From: Marsupella aquatica
Taxonomy: Eukaryota; Plantae; Marchantiophyta
Assembly: GCA_973895155.1 (NCBI GenBank)
Contig: OZ316893.1
Coordinates: 21,312,955 to 21,376,954, forward strand
Length of the DNA stretch: 64,000 bases
Direction: 5' to 3'
A model generated the notes under the pieces. That model was given only the letters and a program-made list of their open reading frames with translations. It had not been told where the DNA came from and did no database searches. Position 1 is the stretch's first letter. The number at the start of each line of letters is the position of its first letter. Position numbers and translations under genes: made by a program. Of the stretch, positions 50,001 through 61,866 are shown piece after piece.

Positions 50001-53000
50001 CTTTTGGGTCTCAACTAGAACGTTACGTTCATCCAAGGATTGGACCAGAGTCTTCCGAGAATCTCTGAAAATTGCCATCCTAGCAAGAAAAATTAGTTAA
50101 AAGTCTTATGTGGTACTAGGGATTCCTCCCATCCAGATTCCAAACCTTTTAATATCTATCTAGAGATCTTTCATCTACTCATTCATTTGACGCTTTTGTT
50201 TTTCCTTTTGTTGTCGTTGGAAGACATGATGCTGGCAGTTTAATAACTATCTGAGCACATGTTTGCCCTAGAAGTTGGGGCATTTCACATTGAAGGGTAA
50301 GGTTGGGGTTTGGAAGGTCGTCCAAAGTGAAAGGTCAAAAAGGTAACGTCAACCATGGAGGTACTAAAGTTGAGGGGAAACCTAAGATTCTATTGTTTTT
50401 GGTTTACTTGTGCTACTTTATTTCATTTCCTTTTGTTTGTACTTCTTTCAATGGTGACTATACTGATTAAAAAAAGGATTTTCTTGTCCCTTTCGTCCGA
50501 CTTCTTCTGTGGTGGTCATAATGGATCGAGGAGATTTAGGGCTTGAAGGATCTCTACAAGTGGATAGACCCAACCATGGTCAGAAATATTTCAACGGAAC
50601 ACATGGGATACGAACAGACAGACGTATGGCAGAAATAAGGAAAAGGACTTAACAGGGCCTCTCTGTTAAATTTGAGTTAAAGAGGCCCGTCTGTTTAAGA
50701 TTGACTTAACCAGGCCTATGTTCTTGTATCATGTAGGACGCTTACTTATTAACTAATTAAACCACAATTCGCACACTACCTCCCTCAGATAATATCAAAA
50801 CAATGACCAAATATTTCAGACCAAAAGAGAGTCATTTGGGTTTTCCAAAAGGCTAAAATGTGTTTTGCAAACCCTATTTTCAGATATTAAATGGTTTCAG
50901 AAAACATGTTTAGTGTCATGTGAAACAACTTTTGGAGATCTTATTATTTATAAGAAGAGGGTAAGCAAAGAAGTTATATACTTTAATCCAAAGTTTACCG
51001 AAATTGCAACAAAAAACAGGGTACAACAACGAAGCCTGAAATTGTCCCCTAAAGAGCCAGGGCGTTCCTCTAGTTCTTACGTCATAGTGTAACTTTTTGG
51101 ACATAAGAACAATCATAAGAACATGCCTGCACTGGGACCTTGGTAAGAAAGACTTTGCCTGGGTAGCAATGTGACGTGGAAACAAGGGGTAATGATGTTT
51201 AAAATGCCTGTGGAAAGACACCTGGTCCGTCTATTTCCTTTCTTTTTTGGGCTCTAGCACCAATCTTCCGGCAGCTGTAATACCTGAGATACTGCTGAGG
51301 TGTATGTTGCTTTCGTATACGCGTTTTGCTGTAGAAAAGAAAAGGACCCATTGGACCTTCAACTGCTAAAGTTGACTTGTTTTCTCACACTTTGACGCAA
51401 ATCAAGCTCTCATGTTGTTTCTCCACATAGAAAGTGGACTACAGTAGTTATTAGTAGACAATTCATTAAATTTAGTCACTATTCCACATCATGTAGACAC
51501 CCCCCTTCCCTGTCATCAACACTTTCCTATTAGTTTTCTCTATTAGCTATTTTTTGTGTTCTTAAGTAGTCTTTGTTTTCCTTAGCTTATTTAAAATATG
51601 GAAGGGAATTGAAATGTCTGGAACCCACTGGTTTGCTACCCCAGAAAAACCTTTCAATCTTATAATAGGAAAACACGTAGAAACAGCCCTAAAGCTGGTC
51701 CTCTTTGTGCTTTGGGGTGCAGGGGTGGTTTCAGCTTCTTCTTCTTCTTTTTTTTTGGGGGGGTCACTGCAAGAGGGAGACCCCACCCACAAAACAAGGG
51801 TGCACAACTGGCCCAAGAGCTCAAGAAAGGAACAAGGAAACACAGAGCCCAGTGGGCCAAAAAACATACCCAAACACTCAAAGGAGTGTCAGCTCTCAAA
51901 GACCTGACCCATGAAAGGAAAAATGGGCAGACAATAAATCTATCTGTAAACCTGCTTAACCCTGGATGACAAGGAACTTGTATGTGGAAAAATGACTCAC
52001 TGAATCACAAACAATGCATCAATTTTTTCCCGGAATATAAAGATGGACAAAACGTTTTCATGGATCGACCAAAATAACTTTTTGAAAACTTTCATAGATT
52101 TTAACCTTAGTTAGTACCTCAGGTTACATTGTGTGTTTAGGGCTATGGTTGTGTTGCTCCCCTCTCCTCCTCCAGGCCTGCAATCTTTCTTCCTTCACAA
52201 CGAGCAACTGATGAGCAATGGGAAGCAAATCCAGATAAGCAAGCATGAGCAACATCGAGGCTATGGATCGAGAAAGCGGCGTCTTCTAGCGAAAGGTAAA
52301 ATTTCAGAGATTTGAGGCTGCAAGCCTAAGCAATGCAAGACTCCTTGGTTGATAGCAACCTTGTCTAATCCAGCCCCATTTCTGCTCTTCGTCTTGATGT
52401 TTCTACCAATTTTTGTGAGGTGGAATTGAAATTGTTCTCCCCTGAGTTTCTTGCTAAGTGGAATCTATATGCAGCAAAATGAGCTTCTGGTGGGCAGCCA
52501 TTCGAGTGTTTGATTGCACACTCTTTTCCGTCATTCAGTATGCGTCTTCCTAGAATATATGGAACGCAAGTGTCATGGCGCTGAGCAGAGACCAGAAAAT
52601 GAATCCAATCTTGTAATTGCCTTTCCCCTTGGTGACCTGGCCTCCACTCTTCAAGCCAATTCATTCCTTTCAATCCCATCTGAGCAATTGTGAACAGTTG
52701 TACTCTGCATTGATTTTGCGAATTGATTTTGACGATGGATGTTGACTCTACCAATCACATTTGTTTGCTCCTGAGAGAGATATACAACTTAGCACCTGCA
52801 AGTTTTAAGAGACTTTGCTTCGATCTGTTTGTTGTAGAGACCAATCTGAAAGGCTGTGGCTTAAGTTTAGAGACTTTGCTTCTGTTTGCTTGTAGGATCA
52901 AGCATGCACAGTCTACACGGATTGTTGATGTTTGCAATGATCTTGCTCCTTGGACTTGATTAAGTCCGTTCACTATAGCCAATTGCAATTAAGTAGGGTG

Positions 53001-53322
53001 ACAGAAAGAGCTCAGTTTCAGAACTACATATCTCAACCAGTTATATCTCCACCAGAGTTCAAACTGATCTGTGCATTTATGGATAGCATGACTCTCAAAA
53101 CATTTTATGTTTCGATGTGTCAAAACATGCATTGAAAATTTACGAATACGTTTAATATCAAAAAAGTTTTCTTGGAAGAGCTATAGGACTATCAAACCTT
53201 TTGATCTTGGTGTTGATGCATAATTTCTCTGTATGTTTTGGATCAGGCAGATGGGATGACCTTGGTGCTAATTTCTCTGGATGTTTTGGCTGTGGGCTAT
53301 AATCCGCTGCAGAGCATACACA

Positions 53323-53444
53323 AACCTGATCCTCCCTATGATATAAGCCATATTGTTGGATGTGACAGGGCACTAATGAAGAGAACCTGATCCTCTCTAT
53401 GGTATAAGCCATAACGTTGGATGTGACAGGGTACTAATGAAGAG
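53323..53444. repeat. Tandem duplication, 61-bp unit x2
   Basis: AACCTGATCCTC(C/T)CTATG(A/G)TATAAGCCATA..GTTGGATGTGACAGGG(C/T)ACTAATGAAGAG at 53323 and 53384. Confidence 0.92.
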
Positions 53445-55716
53445 CCTAACAAAAATGTATTAAGAAACACAAATTGTAACATCAAATCACCCATGACAAT
53501 GACATTTTCACCTTTCAACTATCCTAGTAACACATGGGCCAGCTTGGCCAATGCGTTTATAAACACACTAAAGAGAATCTAGAAAGTGGTTTAGTTAAGA
53601 TACTTTGAAATGCAATAAAGGCATCTAGCGGGAATCTGTTTTCCACCATTGGGAGTGGGAGTGACAGGCCACACTCCCACTTAATTCTGGATGGATCCCC
53701 AACCATCTTCAAACTTCTGGGGGCAACATGGCACACGAGTACCAAGTAGTACCTTGGGGAGCAGCTTGCCACCAACAAGCCTAGCCCACCCCTCTCCGCC
53801 CAACTGTTAGGTGCACTTCAGTCGCAAAATGTTCATTGTCAGGAATGCATTGTTAACACTTCAAACCTCTACCTCAGCCACACAACTCACTCAGGATTTC
53901 AACCAGTGCGACACCAGAGAAACTTGTTTCTGTATCTCTCAAGAATAACTATGTAATTGATTTTTCTGACACAAAGCATGGCGAGACCCCCAGTTCAAGC
54001 CATGCTTTGTATTGATTAAAGTTAATTGGAGTCCTCAATCCAATGAATTGTTTTGTTCTCGAATTTGATCCAGTGATTTGCAAACACAACTATTACACAG
54101 CTATCTAATTTGTAGTCCAACTTTCAAAAGAACTACCAATTACAGCTCCTGTTACAGAGCATGGTTTCTAGTTTGGCCAAAATTAATAATAAAAATAAAA
54201 AGTTAACAATAACATAGTTGTACTATGGATTTTTTAACAAAGCCTCCATTTGTTAAATTTCCTGTTATGACCATATCCTGGCCTATATGTGGTAGAAAAC
54301 CATATTACTAGTTGCTAACACCTCAAATAATTATCAAGTAGAGGCCTGTGAAGCACCCCCTCCGCACCACCTACTCACTCCTTGGCTCCTTAGACTTGAT
54401 TAATTTACTAGGGTAGGAAGCATGTCTCTACTTATAGTAGCTAGTTCTGACTGCCAGTGTTGTGCAACTTAATGGACTTTGCTCCCATGAGAGTATCCAA
54501 TGCAAACTTACATGGCTATGAGTATAGGTTTGTCATCCAGATTGTGTTCTTCTATTCACTCAATGTAGTCCCAGATTTTTGTGAATTTCAGAGAATGGTA
54601 ACTGTTGGCATTCCAAAGCCAACAAAGGTACGAGAACTGATGGATACATTAATGCAAAAGCTTAGTTAAGGTCCTTCCTCCTCATTTCCTGAAGCTCAGC
54701 TTTACTCATAGCAGTTTTCATTTTCTGCTAAAGCATCTTAGAAGGTTTAGTGGTGAATGACTGCTATACCCAAAATTTAGCCCATCATTTGGAGGCTTGG
54801 AAATTAGAGAAGCCCCATCTTGCATTCAGTCACCAGTCATTCCCCACTCTGACTAAATTTTTAAAGTTAAACTTAAGGAGTATAAAGTTCGCCAAGGGGT
54901 GAAGAAGTACATAGTAAAGTGCTATTTGCAAGACATGGTGTGCCATAACCCCTAAAAAAACTAGAGCCTCCACTCAGTTTTAGAGGGGCTGCTATTCCTT
55001 ATAATGCTCTGGTAACACTACCCTAAACCTTCCATAAACATTCAAGCATCAACTTACACTAGTTCCAAGTTCCACTCATTAGTTGTCAACTAATAAAAAT
55101 AAAATCCATAAAATTTAGGAAACAGCCACTCGTATATTAATAACGTTATGCAGCTGGAAACTCTCCTTGATGTAGAAAACGGTCCTGTTACCGGTCTTCC
55201 AGTGCTGGCAGGTGTGATAATTTCTAGAACCAAACAAACTTTCTTATGAGTCAAAAATCAAAGTAAATACTTGTGACTTTTGGTGTATTCCTCTTCGTGC
55301 CTTTGACAAAAAAAGTTGTTGATGTTTGCTTACGTCCACCAGTCATAGTTGTGTCATTGTGTGTTGTTGGTGACTTCCATTTTGATGTTGACTAAACTGA
55401 TGAGTTTGGTTTGGCCCTCCATTTTGACTAATGAGTTTCTTGTCTTTTCTTTTAGTGACTTCTGTTTTGTGCACCAATTCATTTATTTGGTAACTTCTAT
55501 ACTCCCATTTTGACTTGAAATTTTCATTACTAACTCATCGCCCGTGCCTACCACACAAAGTTATGATCTCACACATGCCGAGGATGAGTCTGTTGCGAGA
55601 AAGTAGCCCAGCATGGATCAACTCCTAAAATGAGCTGAGAATGGGTCCTTTCTAAATTTAGCTGAGCCATGTAGTATATGCCCTAGTCAATCTGTACCAT
55701 CTTCAATAAAATTGTA

Positions 55717-55808
55717 GGCATTTTAACTACATTGCCACCAAAGATGTGGCAAATTACAATACTGCCACTGTTTTTAGAGTATTTATAATACTGCCACCCT
55801 TTTTGTAT
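55717..55808 (+). repeat. Left TIR of the MULE
   Basis: TTTTAACTACATTGCCAC(C/T)AAAGATGTGGCAAATTACAATACTGCCACTGTTTTTAGAGTATTTATAATACTGCCACCCTTTT; its reverse complement lies within 61775-61862. Confidence 0.95.
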
Positions 55809-56494
55809 CCACGTAACCATAGAGAGAGGAAGGGTAACCATGGGTCAAGTTCCATCCCGCGGTGGACACCTGTTGAGTGCTGGTGCATTCCGTTTGAATG
55901 TTCCGTCCCCCGACTACAAGCTCACTGTAAACCACGTCAGTTTTAAACTACCCTCCAAGTCGACCTTTCAACACAGCCTGGGCAGTATCCTTTGTGCGGG
56001 AAAGTTTGTTTGTGCACTCCAACGTTAGCTGCGGAGTGGAGTTCAAGCAATCTGGGCAGTGGATCGAGTTTGACCACTCTGGGCAGTGGATTTGAGCGCG
56101 AGCAATCTGGGCAGTAGAGTTTGAGCCATCCGGACTGTGAGCGCGAGTCCCCCCGCCAGGTAAACCTGTGCATTACTTTGCTTGTACATTGTGGATGACT
56201 TTTTCACAACTTGGTTTCTCATTTTGTGACTTGAAATCCTACAAAAATTGGTGGTCGTAGGGTTTACATTAGTGTCACATAGCTCAAACGATGCAATCGC
56301 CAGTTTGCTCAGTACCGCGCACATTGCTTTCTCGTTCATTTTATTTTGTGAACTCATTTGCCACGACTCCTTGGACCACACAATAGCTGGTTCATATTCA
56401 TACTCCCGCCCCCACTCCTTATAAGTCAATGCTATGGAGACCTGTCACTCTGACTGGAATTGACCATGACCGTTAAAGCTTTGTTTTCCAGGCA

Positions 56495-56634
56495 CAACGA
56501 AGCTGCCTCTGCTCCATCAATTATTTATGCAACGGAGCTGCCTCTGCTCCATCGATTATTTGCGCAACGGAGCTGCCTCTGTGGAATTAATTCTTTGTGC
56601 AACAGAGCTGCCTCTACGGAATAAATTTCTGCAA
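56495..56634. repeat. 35-bp tandem array x4 inside the MULE
   Basis: CAAC(G/A)(G/A)AGCTGCCTCT core at 56495, 56530, 56565 and 56600. Confidence 0.92.
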
Positions 56635-57199
56635 TAGACTTTGACAGTCCTACAACACAGGTTGGATAGCACCTCCATCCAACCATCAATGCAGCATTTT
56701 TGGTCTTGAATCCTTGAATGATGTAGTTCCTGAATTGTGAGGCTGAGGACTTCAGGTACTCTGCGATGAGACTTGCTCACCCTTGGTACATTGTGGTATT
56801 AGTGACTCATGTTCATGTCATGTGCACTTTGTACGTAGCACATCCAAAATGGTTGTTGCGTCTTCCAATGTTTGTGGCAAGCTTGCCAAAGTCACAAATT
56901 ACAACCCACTGAAAGACACAGTGGAATCATTGCGTAAACGGATCGATCCTGCCTTCAGGCCTCAATGGGATAGGTATGTAAACTCCTGCATTAGCTTATG
57001 CAGCTAGCTTAAATTCATTGAAGTACTGGACACATTATTCGTGTATGGTGCCTCTATTTTTCTCCGCAACTGGTTTTCTGTGCAATGTGCACAAAGTTCG
57101 AATACTGTGGAATTTTTCTTAACCATTATTTCTCTGTGCTTCTCTTTCAAGTTTCCAGTGGGCAATTCCATAGATTCTTGTTGTTTTACATCACAAGCT

Positions 57200-57676
57200 A
57201 TGAAAGATTACATAGCAGAGTATCACACCTTTGTTGCCAATCCCAAATGGAATTGGAAGCTTGTTCAGTCCACACGGGTTGAGATGACCAGGGCCTGGGT
57301 ACGTCCTACTCCATTTGAGTTTTGGGCAGTGGAGGAGAGCGACAACATTGGGCGGGCATTCACATTCCGATTTGAGGATTGCAAAATTGGCCAACAGCAG
57401 AAGATCCAGATTGGAAATCCAGCGGAGATTTTAGGAGAAGGGAAGGTCTTCAGAGATGGTGACCTTTGCTACTGTTTCTGAGAGGAGCCTGACTGTCTGC
57501 TTGTCACTAAATTGTTCTACCTGGAGACTATCACTGGCAAGAAAGGTTTTGTTGTGTTTGGCATTCATAAGTGGGTGCCTCAGAATGTCAAAGATTGGAA
57601 ATCCACTATTTCCAACCTACTAGCCGTGCATTATTTCCATGAGCAGCCAGGAAGCTTTAAGGTGTACGAGAAGTAG
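57200..57676 (+). pseudogene. MULE accessory ORF of unknown family (main exon, one in-frame TGA); probable upstream exon at ~56839-56973
   Basis: The frame MKDYIAEYHTFVANPKWNWKLVQSTRVEMTRAWVRPTPFEFWAVEE...GDLCYCF*EEPDCLLVTKLFYLETITGKKGFVVFGIHKWVPQNVKDWKSTISNLLAVHYFHEQPGSFKVYEK* continues 64 codons past TGA 57479-81. It is convergent with the transposase. No phase-compatible acceptor joining the upstream exon was found. Confidence 0.6.
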
Positions 57677-58371
57677 ATTGTAGCCTACCTTACAGGCTTC
57701 GTCATTCTCATACTATAGTGCTGTTAGAAGAATATCTCTGGCCGCATATATAGCTCAGGTAGTTTGTAGCCGCACAAACATCAGACTTTCGAGGCAGACT
57801 TTTGTTCTTACACTTGCTTCGCTGCCTCCAAGACTATTTTGACTATTGCAATGTACTATGCTTGGTCTTTTTCAATGAAACCCCAAACACTTTTGTTGTT
57901 TGTGTACGTATTTACAATGTTGTTCATATAATGAAAGTGCAAGAGTCTGTTTTTAGAGTTCTGTAATACACAACACATCCCTGAACAGATCTTTGTGTGC
58001 CTCTGTTTTTCCATATGGTCGACTTTCATTTGCTGCATTGCCTTTGCAATGTAGTTATGCTTAGGTATTGTATGAAAGTTTATGGAATGAAGGCAAGCAA
58101 ATTGTTTGTTGTTTTGTTTTCATGTTTAGAGTGAACGTCCAGATCAAAAACTGCCCACACCTTACACATAGGAGTCCATCATCCATCATCAGAGTCAATA
58201 CAAATGAAGCGTAAGTGTGAAGTCCCCAGGGTGTACAAAGTAGTGAGATTGGCAAGAATTTTATCATTCATTGTCACATTCATTGCCAAAAGCAAACAAC
58301 ACCAGGGCCACATAAGAACCCATGTTCACAGTCACTCTGAACAAAATGTATCTTGCCAGTCCAAAATATGT

Positions 58372-60440
58372 TTATGACTGTAAGCGAAATCCTTCAGAAC
58401 AACTGGCTAGAAGGGCACTAAATGAACCCATTTCGAAAGGGCAAGTTAAAGATGGGCCGCTTTCATTGTCGTCCTCCATGAATGGTGCTGACTGGTTTAT
58501 ATCCACAATGTCATCATTGTCATCTCCATTGCCAGAATCTGATATGTCTTCAAACTCCTCACAACAAGTGTGAGTTCTGTCCAGGTTCTCCTGCCCATGT
58601 CCAAGTTGATCCTTCTTAAGCTGGCAAGTTCGCTTGTCATGGCCCCTTTCCTTGCAGAAACCACAGGTCCTGGGCAATCGGACCCCATCCTCCTCTGGGA
58701 ACCTCATCCTTGGTTTCTCAGTTGGACGTCCTCGCTTCCGCCTCTTCAAAGGTGGGCCACACCATGAATCAGGGTGTAGATCATCCTTCAAAATTGCAGG
58801 AAGGCTACTACTGTACGTCTGTTTGAATGAATCCACAGAATAAAACGGTGAATCAAAATCGTAATGGCGAAGATGCAATCTGGTAATAGCTCTCCAAGCA
58901 TGACTACATGGAATGCCCACATCCTGCCAATCACCACACGAACATTCTTTCAGTGGCTCCAAACTGACCAGGAAATGCCTGCCACTCGAATCTGTAATTC
59001 TGACTTCCGTAGGGCTTGATGGGTCTGCAACAAGTTGAAGACCTTCCTCATGTCGATCCTTCAGTATTGCCATGATGTTCGGAGGAAATGGTGTACTTAA
59101 AGACTCTGCAAGCACCCTCTTCTCATAGTAGTGCTTCATCATGTAATCCCATATCAGATTGGATTGTTTGAAGGCCACTTCTTGTCGCTCAGCCTTTAGT
59201 GCTCGATTTGTGCTCTCAGCTTGCTGGGATGTCTCGTGGCCCCACCTAATAATGACAATGCCAATAACAACATCAAAACAAAACACTGAATTTCTCTTCA
59301 GAGGAGTTGAATGACTAATGCATCAATGGGTAGGATGTATGAAGTATGACCTGGGATAGGGCATAAATGCTCTTGAGTAATGAGATGGATCAGCAGTGTT
59401 CACAATGTACTCAAATGCTGATGGGTGCTCATGTTCAATGCGGTCTAGCCTCCGCAAGTACTGATCCTCGTTGGCAGCATACACCAGCCCATCAAATGCT
59501 TTCCTTGCTGCCTTGTTGGAGTGGGCTTGCAAATTTTTTCCCAAGTGCCATGTGCAAAAAGCATGGAATGCTAGTGGGAAGACCTCATCCACAGCATTCT
59601 GCAGTCCCTTCTCTCTATCTGAAATAAAAATAGTACAACTACGAGACAATTCTGGGATTGCATCATGCAAGCACTTCAGAAATCTCATCCAAAATTGTTC
59701 ATTTTCTGACGGAACCATGCAATAAGCCAGAATCAAAACAGTGTTATTAGCATCTAACACTGTGGCTACCAATAACATTTGAGGATATGCTGACTTGGTG
59801 TGAGTGCCATCTAAAGCAACGAGCGGCCTATAGTGTGGATAAGCCTTTCGAGATGCTGAAGGACACACAAAGAGAGTTTCAAAGGATCCATTTGGTGCCG
59901 TGTAGTTCGCCACAGCCCCTGGATCCCTTTGTAAAATGTGGTGACAATGACTAGGAATGAGATGGAAGGACTCCTTCTCATCACCATCTAGTCGGACAAG
60001 AGCCTTTTTCTTGGCTGTATGGTATGTGCTGTGTGATACCTAACATCTGGATGCCAAATAGCCTGGGCAGTGTCCCTCAAAGAGCAAGCTCTGGTTTGTC
60101 TGTTTTTAATTAAAATGTCAAAGATCAAAGTAGCCAAGTAGTCAGATGAATTATGCATTCGCCTAATGTAATGATCTGCTGCACAACAAGTATGGTGATC
60201 ATTCAATTGCGTAATGGTAATAGTTTCCGTCTTGGAGCTCATAATGACTCGAATGGACCATTGACATTTCTGGGTAGGGTTTTCATGCCACCACATTTTG
60301 CATTTCCCAAGAAAACGTAGTCTGTCCTTTTTGTAAGTTGTAATAACCCGTTCTGTTGCCACCCCATGCCTGACAATTGCCATCTTGACATCATCCCAAC
60401 ACTCAAATGTCTCACCTTTCTTTAAAGAAGCAACAACCAT
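58372..60440 (-). pseudogene. MuDRA-type transposase, frameshifted; ~652 aa if repaired
   Basis: N-terminal DNA-binding region (CQWSIRV...DHHTC), DDE triad (ALDGTH, ISDREKG, QAESTN), AFCTWH, SWIM finger CSCGDWQDVGIPCSH, AT-hook KRGRP, knuckle CGFCKERGHDKRTC. Intron 59350-59246. A 5-bp duplication at 60017-60026 shifts the frame. Confidence 0.92.
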
Positions 60441-61774
60441 GACTGTAGTATGTTACACCCAAAAACTTTATCCTCTGCATACACACCAAAAAGAGGATGT
60501 CACAAGTCAGGCCTATATAAACAGATGGGATCGAAGCATCCATTTTGGCGTAGTCCCCCCCCCCAAAAAAAAAAAAACTATAACAAAAATGCTGAAACAG
60601 ATGTCCTCAGTGCACAGAGAATATGCTCAAACAGGAAAGATAAAAGTTCTGGCTATATATGGATAGGTGTGGGGTTGAGAGCATACCAGATACTAGGCCA
60701 GGCACTTCAGAGCAAATAATAAACTGATGCCTTGAGAAATATGACAGGAAAGATAAAATGCTCAAACAAATGTCCTCAGTGTACAGAACATTATCGGAGC
60801 AACGAATCTCCCAACTCAATCTCCAAAGCCAGGGAACTGAATTTAAGGGGTACTAAGTTGAGATAGGTACACTAGCAGAGTCAATGTTGAGCCGTGGAAA
60901 TGAATGAAAACATTTCCAAGTCAACTTTTGTGTGCAATAGAGTGCTGGGGTAATGCTTCCGTTCCCACTTCCGCAAAAGACAAAGGCTTCCAATCAAACT
61001 GAAGAAGGCCGGAACTGAACTCATGTAGTGTTCGTGTCGACAATATTAGTTTTGATGTTGGAATGTGAATGTTGCCTACGTACTGAAACACTAAGATTGC
61101 CTGTCGAGAAGGGACCTACCAAAGACCTTGCATCAATGCCATTATAGTACGGGATAGTTTAATACCTTTGCCTTGAAGACATCCAGGGCATAGCCAATTT
61201 TCTCATAACGGCTTCCAATGCAACTGCAGGTATCTGTGTCCTCACTATGATCCGTCTTCAGCTCGTGATCACTAAACTTCACTCGCCTGAACCACTTCGG
61301 GCTGCTTCCTTCCACTAAACACGTGATGAATGTGCGATTCAACTAGTCAGCAGCATTTTTGACAGAGCAAAATGTGGACAAATTTTTGGTCCTCTAGGGT
61401 GCGATTGCAAGGCGGCAAGAAGGATCAAAGCATCATTACTAAATCCCGGGACTAAAACAGCTGGCGATGACGCTCAGGGCCTGTGCGTAGTGACTTCGCA
61501 CTCATCCTTCATTCCAACCCGGCCATGAACATTCTGCCTGCAACCATGCTTATTCGAAGGCTGCTAGGGTGATTCCCATTGATTTCTATGTTGTGTTGAA
61601 ATGTCTCGCCAAACTGCAGACTATGGATGAACAACAGTCCTGCGCAGTCCGGGAGGGAGAGTCTGGCTGAACATTGGACGGAAACTTCACCATTAACAGA
61701 CCTGACGGATTATTCAGCCTATGAGGGTGAGAGACATCAACCGTGGGTTAACTCGAGTAGTCCCAAGTAACCGC

Positions 61775-61866
61775 ATACGAAAAGGGTGGCAGTATTATAA
61801 ATACTCTAAAAACAGTGGCAGTATTGTAATTTGCCACATCTTTAGTGGCAATGTAGTTAAAAGCTG
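61775..61866 (-). repeat. Right TIR of the MULE
   Basis: Reverse complement of 55721-55808 with ~2 mismatches; the outermost 4 nt do not pair. Confidence 0.95.

Larger units (their letters stand above)
55717..61866. mobile_element. Full-length Mutator-like DNA transposon (MULE), 6150 bp
   Basis: TIRs at ~55717-55808 and ~61775-61866. A perfect 10-bp flanking direct repeat TAAAATTGTA lies at 55707-55716 and 61867-61876 (TSD). Internal MuDR-type transposase. Confidence 0.95.

Noticed and set aside
56043-56429. 128-aa minus-strand ORF in the MULE
   Set aside because: TTG start, runs through the repeat array, no motif; probably incidental.
56495-56634. 35-bp periodic repeat as a CRISPR array
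   Set aside because: The units are contiguous, the variable parts are related to each other rather than unique spacers, there are no cas genes, and the context is a eukaryotic transposon.
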